From a candidate division WOR-3 bacterium (GTDB taxonomy: Bacteria; Hydrothermota; UBA3072): a stretch of DNA of 64,000 bases. Positions 9,786 to 19,164 of this stretch are shown here, piece by piece. Under the pieces are notes generated by a model that had not been told where the DNA came from, did no database searches, and saw nothing but the letters and a program-made list of their open reading frames with translations. Within the stretch, counting starts at the first letter, position 1, and every line of letters starts with the position of its first letter. A program made the position numbers and the translations under genes. The stretch spans positions 68,086-132,085 of the forward strand of contig JAFGHJ010000006.1 of NCBI GenBank assembly GCA_016930175.1, written 5' to 3'.

Positions 9786-10496
9786 ATGCAGAATATAAAA
9801 ATAATTGTAGAATATGATGGGACAGATTTCTCAGGTTGGCAAGTCCAGCCCGGAAAGAGAACCGTTCAGGGCGAACTGGAGAAAGCTCTCAGGATAATCT
9901 TTAACAAAAAAATCAGAGTAACAGGTTCGGGCAGAACAGATACAGGGGTTCATGCACTGGGTCAGGTCGTATCTTTTGCTGCCCCAAAACAAATTCCTCC
10001 CGAAGAATTCAAAAATGCAATTAACGGGAATATACCTTATGATATTTTTGTAAAGGATTGCAAGAGGGTCCATGAAGATTTTAACGCAAGATTTTCTGCA
10101 AGCTCAAGAATATACCGCTACCAAATTGCTAAAGGAAAATCGGTGTTCAACAGAAGATATTTTTTTCAAATAGAGGGGGAACTTAATATAAACGATATGA
10201 AAAAAGCAAAAAAAGAGCTCATTGGAGAAAAGGATTTTTCCTATCTTGCAACGAAAGACAGAGGAATTTGTTATGTAAAAAGGATAAAAATTTCTGAGGA
10301 TAAAAACAATATTTTTATTGAGGTAGAAGCCAATCGTTTTCTTCGCAGAATGGTAAGAGGTATCGTTGGTCTTTTACTTTCAGTTGGTAAAGGCGACTTA
10401 AAGCCCTCCGATACAAAAAAAGTTCTTTCCGGCATGAAAAGAAGGCCGCCTGTCGCCCCTCCCCAGGGTCTTTTTCTTATAAAAGTCAAGTATTGA
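9786..10496 (+). CDS. truA: tRNA pseudouridine(38-40) synthase
   Basis: The TruA N-terminus IVEYDGTDFSGWQVQPG and the catalytic region GRTDTGVHA are present. I chose the internal Met (MQNIKII) as start; the listed ORF extends to 9759. Confidence 0.85.
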   Translation: MQNIKIIVEYDGTDFSGWQVQPGKRTVQGELEKALRIIFNKKIRVTGSGRTDTGVHALGQVVSFAAPKQIPPEEFKNAINGNIPYDIFVKDCKRVHEDFNARFSASSRIYRYQIAKGKSVFNRRYFFQIEGELNINDMKKAKKELIGEKDFSYLATKDRGICYVKRIKISEDKNNIFIEVEANRFLRRMVRGIVGLLLSVGKGDLKPSDTKKVLSGMKRRPPVAPPQGLFLIKVKY

Positions 10497-10633
10497 ATTT
10501 TATATACAACTTAAAAAAATCAGCCACTAAGCCACCAATACATAAAGAACTAGATATATTTTTATTTTTATAGAAAACCCCTTTACTTTTAGAAAAATAT
10601 AACTATTCTAATATATATAAATAGGGATTTTAA

Positions 10634-11617
10634 ATGACTATTCTTATTGTTGACGATTCAGAAGACCAGTTGTTAGTGCTTAAAGCAATTTTGAATGAAA
10701 AAGGGTATAAAAATATTCTCCTTGCCGATTCTGCGGATAAGGCATTTGAACTAATCGGTCTCAGGGACAAAAAAAGGAAAAAAGATATAGATCTTATCCT
10801 GATGGATATAATGATGCCGGATGTTGATGGCTTGGAAGCCTGTCTCAAAATAAAGAAAAACGAAGAGCTTAAAGATATACCAATAATAATGGTAACTGCG
10901 AAAAAGGAAGCCGATCATCTGCAGTCTGCCTTCCAAGCAGGTGCTGTTGACTACATAACAAAACCGATAAATGTTACAGAGCTTTTAGCCAGAGTCCATT
11001 CTGCTTTAAGACTGAAAATGGAAATAGACAGCAGGAAAGAAAGAGAACGAGAATTAACTGAAATGGCCGAGCAGTTAGACGCAGCAAACAAAAAATTGAC
11101 TCGAATGTCCTACCTGGATGGGTTAACCGATGTCCCCAACCGTCGTTATTTTGAGGAAGTTTTCGCAAGAGAATGGAAAAATGCAATAAGAGAAAATGGT
11201 TTTCTCTCGATCATAATGTTCGACATTGATTGCTTCAAAGCTTATAACGATACGTACGGACATCTTATTGGTGATGACTGTCTAAAAAAGATTGCCAAGA
11301 CTTTAAGCAGCGCTTTAAAAAGACCAAGAGATTTTCTCTGCCGCTATGGGGGAGAAGAATTTATTGCCGTACTTCCGGACACCGACGGAAAGGGTGCTTT
11401 TGAGGTCGCAAACAGATTCCTTAAGAAAACAAAAAACCTGAAAATTACTCACAAGACATCCCCTGTCAGCAAAAACGTTACGATAAGCATAGGAGTGGCA
11501 ACTATTAAACCCGACAGAAAAAAGAAATCAAACTTCTTAATAACCGAAGTTGATAAAGCTCTTTATGAGGCTAAACAATCCGGTAGGAACTGTATAAAAA
11601 TAGTTTGCGGAAGTTAA
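10634..11617 (+). CDS. Response regulator with a receiver domain fused to a GGDEF diguanylate cyclase
   Basis: N-terminal REC domain (ILIVDDSE..., MDIMMPDVDG with the phospho-acceptor Asp). C-terminal GGDEF domain with an intact RYGGEEF active site. Confidence 0.85.
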   Translation: MTILIVDDSEDQLLVLKAILNEKGYKNILLADSADKAFELIGLRDKKRKKDIDLILMDIMMPDVDGLEACLKIKKNEELKDIPIIMVTAKKEADHLQSAFQAGAVDYITKPINVTELLARVHSALRLKMEIDSRKERERELTEMAEQLDAANKKLTRMSYLDGLTDVPNRRYFEEVFAREWKNAIRENGFLSIIMFDIDCFKAYNDTYGHLIGDDCLKKIAKTLSSALKRPRDFLCRYGGEEFIAVLPDTDGKGAFEVANRFLKKTKNLKITHKTSPVSKNVTISIGVATIKPDRKKKSNFLITEVDKALYEAKQSGRNCIKIVCGS

Positions 11618-11631
11618 CAGGAGGGTAAAAA

Positions 11632-11949
11632 ATGCAGGAAAGAACAGGTGATGAGAAAATTAAAGTTAATGTTCCCAGTTATGCAATCCAACTAATCCCA
11701 AAATTCTTAAAAAGCAGAGAAAAGGATATAAAAGAAGTGGAAGATTCTCTTAAAAGAAAAGATTTTGAAACAATTGAGAGACTCGGTCACAGCATGAAAG
11801 GGGCCGGTTCTATGTATGGATTTGATGGCATTTCTGAGTTAGGAAAATTGATTGAATTATCTGCGAAAGACAAAAATACCGTAGATATCATGAACAGCTT
11901 ATCGGAACTCAAGGATTATTTAAGCAGAATAGAAATAGTAAACGAGTAA
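11632..11949 (+). CDS. Hpt (histidine phosphotransfer) domain protein
   Basis: 105 aa. The HSMKGAGSMYGF motif fits an Hpt helix bundle. It lies 15 nt downstream of the REC-GGDEF gene. Confidence 0.55.
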   Translation: MQERTGDEKIKVNVPSYAIQLIPKFLKSREKDIKEVEDSLKRKDFETIERLGHSMKGAGSMYGFDGISELGKLIELSAKDKNTVDIMNSLSELKDYLSRIEIVNE

Positions 11950-12012
11950 AATCCCCCTTTTAATATCACTTTCAATCTGGGTGCGTCAAAAATCGTCAAG
12001 ATTGTGTACTTT

Positions 12013-13305
12013 TCAGAAATCCGAGTAAGTAGTCTTATGCTGTTTACCTCCTGCTTTCGGTATTATATTCCCACCATCTGTAACAATAAAAATTCTCGCG
12101 CCCTTACCTTTTTTACTCATTGAGCGATTAACTGCTTCCCGTAAAGAATCAAACGGCTTTATAAACATGCCCTTAAGAATTTTATCTTCGATTTCCGAAA
12201 CCGCACATATCTCGGCTTTTTTTGATAATTCAGCAATTCTTGCGGCTTTGTGATAGCCCAAACGATAATCTTCTTTTGCTGCTTTTATTATTTTTTCAGG
12301 GTCAATTGATGAAGAAAGCAACTTATAGAAATTATCAGGCCCGATCCCATCATTACACGCTGCAACTAAAATAAGTATTCCCCCGTCTTTAAGCGCGAAT
12401 TTGCCATGCTCTATTGCTTTATGCGCCTGGTATAAGTTCTTATCCAGAGGTGGTTTTGCAACTGTTATTACAATATCTGCTTTCTCTTTCACAGAAACGA
12501 TAAAAATATCCCGGGAATATTCGCTTGCTTTAAGGAAAGACTCGTGTATGTCTCCGCAGAAAACGGAACAAATGTCTTTTTCGTCTCTTACTACTGCTTG
12601 AATTGAAAAGATTGGTATAGGTGGTATCCTCTTAAAGGCATCCAATAAATCAAGGTGAACCGGATTCCTTGCAAGACTAAGCGGTAAAGCATTATTTTTG
12701 AGAGCGAGTTTGTGATTTTGCTCTATTGTATCGTACCCTGCGAGCCCGGGAACGAAAGACTTTCTTCCTCCCGTAAATCCCGCAAAGTAATGAGGCTCCA
12801 CCGAGCCAATTGTAATAATAGCTCCCGCTTCAATAATTTCTTTATTTATCAACACGTCGGTTCCTTTCTCCGTTTTTCCGATATTGGCGAGGCTTTTATA
12901 GTCCCTTGCGTTATGAATTATAACGTTAGACTTGATTTCATTGTAGAGTTCCCCGAAGATTAATTTTATTTCTTTATTTTGTGGTTCTTTATGGGCACCT
13001 GTCGCTATTATATATCTCGCTTTTTCAAGATCCATTCTTTTTCCTAGTTCCTTTAAAATCTTGAGCGTAGGTGTGGGTCTTGTTGCATCGTTAATTATAA
13101 ATAAAAAATCACTGTTTTGCGTTAGCCATTTTTCAAAAGGGACACTACCGATTGGATTGTCCAGAGCTTTTTGAATTATCTCTTTTTTCCTTTTAGAAGA
13201 TGCCTTATTCGAGCAGACTAATTCGATGTTGATATCCCCGGGTAAGTCCAATTCGATTCTTCCCGAACCATAAGGTATCGCTATCTTCATTTTATTTTGG
13301 ATCAA
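12013..13305 (-). CDS. LarA-like protein (lactate racemase N-terminal domain family, DUF2088)
   Basis: 430 aa. The N-terminus MKIAIPYGSGRIELDLPGDINIELV resembles the LarA N-terminal region as I recall it. The size is typical for LarA homologues. Confidence 0.5.
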   Translation of the reverse strand: MIQNKMKIAIPYGSGRIELDLPGDINIELVCSNKASSKRKKEIIQKALDNPIGSVPFEKWLTQNSDFLFIINDATRPTPTLKILKELGKRMDLEKARYIIATGAHKEPQNKEIKLIFGELYNEIKSNVIIHNARDYKSLANIGKTEKGTDVLINKEIIEAGAIITIGSVEPHYFAGFTGGRKSFVPGLAGYDTIEQNHKLALKNNALPLSLARNPVHLDLLDAFKRIPPIPIFSIQAVVRDEKDICSVFCGDIHESFLKASEYSRDIFIVSVKEKADIVITVAKPPLDKNLYQAHKAIEHGKFALKDGGILILVAACNDGIGPDNFYKLLSSSIDPEKIIKAAKEDYRLGYHKAARIAELSKKAEICAVSEIEDKILKGMFIKPFDSLREAVNRSMSKKGKGARIFIVTDGGNIIPKAGGKQHKTTYSDF

Positions 13306-13312
13306 GTCTTTC

Positions 13313-14209
13313 CTAAAACTCTCCTGATTCTTGGTCTGGATCCGGATAGGATATTATTCCTTCTATCCTTTTTATTAAAGCGAAAACACTATCAGCAACT
13401 TGTTCGCTTAATCTTCTATTATAATCCATCGCACCTTTTCTTGCGTAGTATATATTCCCAAAATAATATCTTCGAAAAAGAAAAAAATATATTATATATG
13501 CATTTCCATACTCTTCCTTTAATAGTTTGTAAATAATAAAGTATATATTGGCACTATTAAGCAGAAGGGAATTGACACCTTCACCTACATTACCAGCATA
13601 CATCTGCCCTGTACCCGGAACAAAAGTAGATAGCCATTTTGCAGTTGTCGGCGATTTATATTTCATATTCTCTGCATAAGAAAGCACCGTATCTACCGTG
13701 CGAGCAAATACGGTATTCCCTCCTTCTTTAAAATATACTTGCAGAGCATCTCTTGCGGAACCCCACTCGTAACAATAAATATGAACAATTCCTAGAAACA
13801 GGGATGCCTTTCTTCTTATTTCAACTATGTCGCTGAAAGAGATAATCTTAAGAAGCATGAATTTCGCTTTATCATATCTGCCTTCGGCGATATAAGTTAC
13901 GGCGATATCTATCTTTCTTTCTTCTCTTATGCTATCACTAATAGCTGCTTGCGATGATGCTTCCATGGCTTGCAGCGATTCTTTTAGTTTGTGCTCTTCT
14001 CTGTAGGAAAGGCCGATTTTGTAATACGCATAACTTACTTCTTTTGTTGCTGCGTTAAAGTGAATATAACGCTTATATTCTATTATCGCCTCTTCGTAAA
14101 ATCCCAAATCGAAAAATCTATCGGCGAGGTCAAGAACCATGTCCTTTCCGCAAAGAGGAAAGGAAATAAGTGTTAAGAAATAAAGATAAATTCTACTTAA
14201 AGTTTTCAT
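13313..14209 (-). CDS. Signal-peptide TPR-like protein with a C-terminal PGxGQxY membrane-hairpin motif (DUF5683-like)
   Basis: 298 aa. N-terminal signal peptide, then TPR-like helical repeats. The C-terminal FVPGTGQMYAG ... YFGNIYYA motifs are shared with the 14193..15053 paralogue. Confidence 0.45.
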   Translation of the reverse strand: MKTLSRIYLYFLTLISFPLCGKDMVLDLADRFFDLGFYEEAIIEYKRYIHFNAATKEVSYAYYKIGLSYREEHKLKESLQAMEASSQAAISDSIREERKIDIAVTYIAEGRYDKAKFMLLKIISFSDIVEIRRKASLFLGIVHIYCYEWGSARDALQVYFKEGGNTVFARTVDTVLSYAENMKYKSPTTAKWLSTFVPGTGQMYAGNVGEGVNSLLLNSANIYFIIYKLLKEEYGNAYIIYFFLFRRYYFGNIYYARKGAMDYNRRLSEQVADSVFALIKRIEGIISYPDPDQESGEF

Positions 14210-15053
14210 CCAGATATTTTTTGACCGATATCTTAAACATCGCTTCTTGTTCTTCGTTATAAATGTCAGCAGCTACAACGGAACCATAAATATTGCCAAG
14301 ATAGAAAAGTCCGCCTAATACACCGAAAATCCATCCCTTAACCGAATGAAGACCATCTTCCTTAAAGCCCTCATACGCTTGCCAGGTGGTAATCCCGGTG
14401 GTCACAAATGAATGAAAACCATCCATAGGACGCTCACAGTAATATTTCCCGGAGCCGGGAATTACTGCAGAAAACATTCCTGAAAGGAATCTATTCTTTT
14501 TTGGAAGTTTCTCTCCCTTTCCCAACAGGAGAAAGATATCTCTTGAATTAGGCATTGTTTCATTCAATAAATCTCTTGCTTTAGCCCATTCCTGTCTTTG
14601 CATGTGATTAAGGGCCCTTAACTGATTGGCTCGAGGATCTTCTGTTAAATGGTCTAAAAAGTAAGACTCCAGTACCTTATTAGATACCATAAAGCTGTCC
14701 ATTAAAGCATAACAAACCCCTATTTCTAAATAAGCTTCCGTTAGAAGATAACTCTGATCGTATTGATTTATAATTTTTTTAAAGTAGTTTATTGAATATT
14801 TATAGCTTTCGCTAAAACGATAGCATAAAGCAATTTTAAGGAATATTGAATCTGCGTTACCTGGAAACGAATCTGTTGCAAAGAGAAAACGTTGATATTC
14901 TGCTGCAGCTTTAGTATATTGCTTTTCGTCGTACAAATAATCAGCAAACCTGCGAATGTTTTCAGGCCTAAAATACTCTATCTCTGAGTCTTTTCCTGCT
15001 AGAGAGAAAGCCACACAAATAATGAAAACAAATATCATCTTTAAGTATTTCAT
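14193..15053 (-). CDS. Paralogous signal-peptide TPR-like protein with a PGxGKYY membrane-hairpin motif
   Basis: 286 aa. Signal peptide MKYLKMIFVFIICVAFSLAG. C-terminal VIPGSGKYY ... YLGNIYGS parallels the neighbouring gene. The two genes overlap by 17 nt. Confidence 0.45.
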   Translation of the reverse strand: MKYLKMIFVFIICVAFSLAGKDSEIEYFRPENIRRFADYLYDEKQYTKAAAEYQRFLFATDSFPGNADSIFLKIALCYRFSESYKYSINYFKKIINQYDQSYLLTEAYLEIGVCYALMDSFMVSNKVLESYFLDHLTEDPRANQLRALNHMQRQEWAKARDLLNETMPNSRDIFLLLGKGEKLPKKNRFLSGMFSAVIPGSGKYYCERPMDGFHSFVTTGITTWQAYEGFKEDGLHSVKGWIFGVLGGLFYLGNIYGSVVAADIYNEEQEAMFKISVKKYLDENFK

Positions 15054-15535
15054 TTGTTAAGGATACAGTTGGTCCCTTTATGCGAACAAAGATTTTCAGG
15101 TAAAGAAAATTCACTTCTTGATTTTCCTATATAATAAGCCTCTACGGGATAATCTATTGCATATCCTGTTTTTGTATCGCGCGGGTAATACTTTCTTGAG
15201 GCTCCAAAACATCTCTGCAGCCTATCACTTGCCATAAGAAAGCCGTGAACAGCTCCATACTCCTGTATTGCCTTTGCCATAAAGCGGGAACAGGTAAGCG
15301 TGAAATTACATGAGGGCACATCTTGAGAGGAAAAATAAATCTGATAAAAACGGATAAGTCCCGAAAAAGCAAGTTTGATTTCAGAAGTTTCTTTGAAATC
15401 TAAGAGAGAAATAAAACGCTCCTCCTTTTCTTCCCTTATTATTGGGTTAGCCTCTTGAAGAAATTCTAGTTGATCTTTAACTTCACTTGAAGAGATTAAA
15501 TTTAAAGATAGAAAACAGAATACAATATTTACCAT
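15050..15535 (-). CDS. YidD-family protein (membrane protein insertion efficiency factor-like) with N- and C-terminal extensions
   Basis: The core LIRFYQIYFSSQDVPSCNFTLTCSRFMAKAIQEYGAVHGFLMASDRLQRCFG matches the YidD signature (IRxYQ..SP...C.F.P.CS.Y...A....G...G..L...R..RC). Confidence 0.5.
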   Translation of the reverse strand: MVNIVFCFLSLNLISSSEVKDQLEFLQEANPIIREEKEERFISLLDFKETSEIKLAFSGLIRFYQIYFSSQDVPSCNFTLTCSRFMAKAIQEYGAVHGFLMASDRLQRCFGASRKYYPRDTKTGYAIDYPVEAYYIGKSRSEFSLPENLCSHKGTNCILNK

Positions 15536-16032
15536 TCGATTTCCTCTATCTCTATACCCTGGGGAATTTTAAATTTTGCTACCTCCTCAGGAAAAGAATC
15601 ATTGAAAACTAGATTATTATAAGTGATTTTTTCTATAATGGTGTCTTTGTCTGCAAACAACATCGCGTTTATTTCTCGCGGAAAAGAAAACTCTCCATAA
15701 TCAATATGTTCTCGATAGGAAGCCCTTAAAAGGAGTTCCCCGGTTTCTTTCTTTAACTCAGAAGAAATAATTCTATTGGCAACATAAACTATTTTTAATT
15801 CCCCGATTGTTTTTGATAATATATATGGCGGCTCCCAGTATGTTGTTAAAGTATCTTTTTTTGTTTGGTGTTTTTTTAAAGCGTACCCTTGATCGCACAC
15901 CCCGAAATCCTCTTTCATAACATTCAGAAATGTTTCAAAAAACGAAAACGAAAAAGGATAAGTAGAAATAAATTTGAATGCAACGGAATCCTCGGGATAA
16001 TATATAATTACAGAGTTGCTATCAAAAGACAA
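15529..16032 (-). CDS. Hypothetical protein. First gene of a five-gene, overlap-coupled operon.
   Basis: 167 aa with no recognisable motif. Its stop overlaps the start of the YidD-like gene. Confidence 0.35.
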   Translation of the reverse strand: MSFDSNSVIIYYPEDSVAFKFISTYPFSFSFFETFLNVMKEDFGVCDQGYALKKHQTKKDTLTTYWEPPYILSKTIGELKIVYVANRIISSELKKETGELLLRASYREHIDYGEFSFPREINAMLFADKDTIIEKITYNNLVFNDSFPEEVAKFKIPQGIEIEEIEW

Positions 16033-16253
16033 CCACTGCTTTATTGGCTTTTGGATGGACGCAAGAACCTTATTGGGAAATCGGTAATAGAGAAAGCCTT
16101 CTATTATCTCCTCGTTATTTTTTTGCTTAAGGCTCCTTTTGAACTCTACTTGTGCGTTATTTATAACATATGCGTAAGAAGTCTCATGCGAGATTATGAA
16201 TACAAAAAATAAAAAAGCTGGGCTTGTTTTTCTTAAGGTATTTTTAATTTACC

Positions 16254-16829
16254 TTATCCTCCGGAACTGCTTCCACAGGAGGAACCGCTTTCGGAACTGC
16301 TTCCGCAGGAGGAACCATCGCTGCTTCCGCAGGAGGAGCCTTCGCTACTCCCACAGGAAGAGCCTTCCCCCCAGCAGCTACCATATCCGCAGTTTTCACT
16401 CATATAATTATCGCAACTCTCTTCATTGTAAGTTGTGCAACTTTCATTGCAACTCTCGTTCACTTCCATTGCAAGTAGTGCGCATCCGCCCATGGTTAGG
16501 GTAAATCCGCACCCAATACAACTATACATAGTTTGAATTCTTCTCACCCTCGATCGATAAGAATCAGCATAAGTTCTAACATATACAGGGGATCTGCCTG
16601 CAAAAGCTGCCGGATCAGGCGATGATGACTGCCAGATCATTGCGACACCAGTGCCTATTACAGTCATCCCTGCTCCAAACCAGCAAGCTTTATTTACGTC
16701 GTTATTGGCTGCTTTTTCAGCTTCACTCTTTGCCATGTACCGATCAAGTTCTTCGGCGGCCAGCAGCTGTGTAGGTAAAACAAGAAATAGTGTTAATGAG
16801 AGTATGACAAACACCTTTAAAAATTTCAT
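16254..16829 (-). CDS. Signal-peptide, Cys-rich membrane/secreted protein with a C-terminal (SSCGSS) tandem-repeat tail
   Basis: 191 aa. Signal peptide, two hydrophobic Cys-containing segments, then GSSCGSSEGSSCGSSDGSSCGSSSESGSSCGSSSGG. This tail is encoded by roughly 24-30-nt tandem DNA repeats at 16262-16390. Confidence 0.45.
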   Translation of the reverse strand: MKFLKVFVILSLTLFLVLPTQLLAAEELDRYMAKSEAEKAANNDVNKACWFGAGMTVIGTGVAMIWQSSSPDPAAFAGRSPVYVRTYADSYRSRVRRIQTMYSCIGCGFTLTMGGCALLAMEVNESCNESCTTYNEESCDNYMSENCGYGSCWGEGSSCGSSEGSSCGSSDGSSCGSSSESGSSCGSSSGG

Positions 16830-17047
16830 ATTTATGATTACCTTACTAGAATATTATAAAATTTTTTCAATAATTGTCAAGTACATAAATTTTGCTTGTA
16901 ATTATTATAAGTAAATGTCAAATTTTGCAGGAGAAACCTGAACTTTATTTATAATAAATGGTTTATATTCTTTTAATTAAAAGGAGAAAAAACCTGTGAC
17001 ATTTATGTCACCCTTGACAAAAGGAAAAAAAACCATATAATTAAGAA

Positions 17048-17127
17048 CGGACAAATTGAGATGTCTTTTTGTCTGAGTGTTTAATTTCTCCAGGCGGGAG
17101 CTTATTGCTCTCGCCATATTTTTTTAT
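17048..17127 (+). ncRNA. Candidate small RNA: a consensus sigma70 promoter followed by an intrinsic terminator, about 80 nt, with no ORF
   Basis: TTGACA at 17014-17019, a 16-nt spacer, TATAAT at 17036-17041. Terminator stem GGCGGGAGC/GCTCTCGCC at 17093-17115 followed by a T-run. Only a 7-codon ORF lies inside. A 16-bp palindrome GTGACATTTATGTCAC at 16996-17011 abuts the -35. Confidence 0.3.
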
Positions 17128-17137
17128 TAAGCCTGAT

Positions 17138-17653
17138 TCAATACTTGATTACTGATTCCACGCAATAATTCTTTAACTTTTCTCTCCCTCTAAGGTCAGT
17201 CAATTCTATGAGAAAAAGAAGCGAGCTTATCTTACCTCCAAATTTTTCTACCAAGTGAGCGCTTGCTAGTGCGGTGCCGCCAGTTGCGAGTAAATCGTCG
17301 ATTATAACAACCCTATCTCCTCCCCCAATAGCGTCTTTATGCAATTCTATTGTATTCTCACCGTATTCAAGAGTATAAGATTCGCTTACAATCTCGGCTG
17401 GAAGTTTACCGGGTTTCCGGATAATGTTCAAAGGCAACCCAAGATTATAGGCAATCGGGGAAGCAAAAATAAAGCCCCTGGATTCAACGCCCAGAATAAG
17501 ATCCACCTCTTTACCTCTCACCAGGTTAGTCATACAGTCAACGGCTTCTCTGAAAGCCTCCTTATTTTTCAGCAGAGTAGTAACATCTCTAAAAAGAATT
17601 CCTTTTTTTGGAAAATCCAGTATGTCTCTAATATGTTTTTTCAATTCTTCCAT
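17138..17653 (-). CDS. apt: Adenine phosphoribosyltransferase
   Basis: 171 aa. Contains the PRPP-binding motif VVIIDDLLATGGT. The N-terminus is typical of Apt. Confidence 0.9.
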   Translation of the reverse strand: MEELKKHIRDILDFPKKGILFRDVTTLLKNKEAFREAVDCMTNLVRGKEVDLILGVESRGFIFASPIAYNLGLPLNIIRKPGKLPAEIVSESYTLEYGENTIELHKDAIGGGDRVVIIDDLLATGGTALASAHLVEKFGGKISSLLFLIELTDLRGREKLKNYCVESVIKY

Positions 17654-17654
17654 A

Positions 17655-17927
17655 TTAAAACCTCACTTCGAATCCTTCAAATTCACCCTGATACTCTTCG
17701 TCTTTCACTTCTGCTCCCGTTACAGAGGAAAGAGAAGGACCTATTTTTACATTTTTAGTAAACTCTTCTAGTTGCCATTTCTCTCCTTCAGCCACAATCT
17801 CAACCTTCCCATCCGGAGTATTTCTCACCCATCCCGATATTCCTGATTCTCTTGCCTTTCTTACGGTAAAATATCTAAAACCGACTCCCTGAACAATCCC
17901 GCTTACCCATATATGTATTCTATGCAT
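17655..17927 (-). CDS. Acylphosphatase
   Basis: 90 aa. VSGIVQGVGFRYFT and GWVRNTPDGKVE are the acylphosphatase signatures. Confidence 0.8.
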   Translation of the reverse strand: MHRIHIWVSGIVQGVGFRYFTVRKARESGISGWVRNTPDGKVEIVAEGEKWQLEEFTKNVKIGPSLSSVTGAEVKDEEYQGEFEGFEVRF

Positions 17928-18095
17928 GTTTTTATGTATATATATTATATTTAGGATGTCAAGAGGGATTGTTTTCCAAGTTACAGTTTTTGCAGGCTTT
18001 TTGATACTTCTCCATCACAAAGCCTTGTATATCCGGTAATTTCATCTTGACTTTTATTGGCATCAGGCTATAATAAATTTAAGGAGAATGATAAT

Positions 18096-19160
18096 ATGGA
18101 TAAAGAACTAAAAAAGTTTTTCCGCGAGCTTGTAGAAGCTCCCAGCCCTTCGGGATTTGAGGAACCGGCTCAGGAAGTGTACAGAAAATTTGTAAGAAAA
18201 TACTCCGATGAAGTAAAAACGGATGTTCACGGCAATGTAATAGCTTTCCGTAAAGGTAAAGGAAAGTTAAAAATGATGGTCTCGGGGCACGCTGACGAGA
18301 TTGGATTCATGGTTAATTTTATCGATAGCGATGGTTTTATATACTTTCGCGCCATAGGAGGAGTTGACCCTTCTCTTTTACCCGGTCTCAAAGTCGATAT
18401 TTACACAAAGAAAGGAAAGATACGGGGAGTCATTGGAAGGAAAGCAATTCACATGATGGAAAAAGAAGAGAGAGAAAAGACTCCGCAGTTAAAGGATTTA
18501 TGGATAGATATCGGCGCCAAGGACAAGAAACAAGCAGAAACCCTCGTATCAATTGGAGACCCCATAACTTTCCAATTGGGTATGGAAGATCTGCAGAATG
18601 ATCTCGTTCTTACGAAAGCAACAGATAATAAAGCAGGGGTCTTTGCCTCGGGAGCGCTGCTAAAATATTTAGAGAAAGAGAAAACTGAAGCAAACCTCTT
18701 CTGCGTTTCTTCCGTTCAGGAGGAGCTGGGCCTTAGAGGAGCCCGTACAAGTGCCTTTGGAATTGCTCCTGACATTGGTTTGGCGTTTGACGTTACAACT
18801 GCCACAGACCATCCAACGACAGAGAAAAAGAAGTATGGAGATATTTCGCTAAATAAGGGGCCCGCGATTGCCAAGGGCGCAAACATTAATCCCGTTATTT
18901 TTGATATGTTGCTCAGTACGGCTAAGAAAAACAATATTGACTATCAAATCGAGGCGGCTCCGAGAGCAACAGGTACCGATGCTAATATCATACAACTTAC
19001 AAGGAGTGGTGTAGCTACTGGTTTAATCAGTTTCCCTAATCGTTATATGCATACTCCTATTGAGATTGTATCTCTAAAAGATATAGAAAAGGCTGTGAAG
19101 CTTGCCGGAGAGTTTATCAAAACTTTGAATGATAAAATAGACTTTACTCCGGGAATGTAA
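18096..19160 (+). CDS. M42-family (FrvX/CelM-like) glutamyl aminopeptidase / peptidase
   Basis: A 354-aa domain with the M42 metal-binding region (HADEIGF). The RBS AAGGAGA precedes the ATG at 18096; the listed ORF begins earlier at 18057. Confidence 0.75.
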   Translation: MDKELKKFFRELVEAPSPSGFEEPAQEVYRKFVRKYSDEVKTDVHGNVIAFRKGKGKLKMMVSGHADEIGFMVNFIDSDGFIYFRAIGGVDPSLLPGLKVDIYTKKGKIRGVIGRKAIHMMEKEEREKTPQLKDLWIDIGAKDKKQAETLVSIGDPITFQLGMEDLQNDLVLTKATDNKAGVFASGALLKYLEKEKTEANLFCVSSVQEELGLRGARTSAFGIAPDIGLAFDVTTATDHPTTEKKKYGDISLNKGPAIAKGANINPVIFDMLLSTAKKNNIDYQIEAAPRATGTDANIIQLTRSGVATGLISFPNRYMHTPIEIVSLKDIEKAVKLAGEFIKTLNDKIDFTPGM

Positions 19161-19164
19161 TCTT

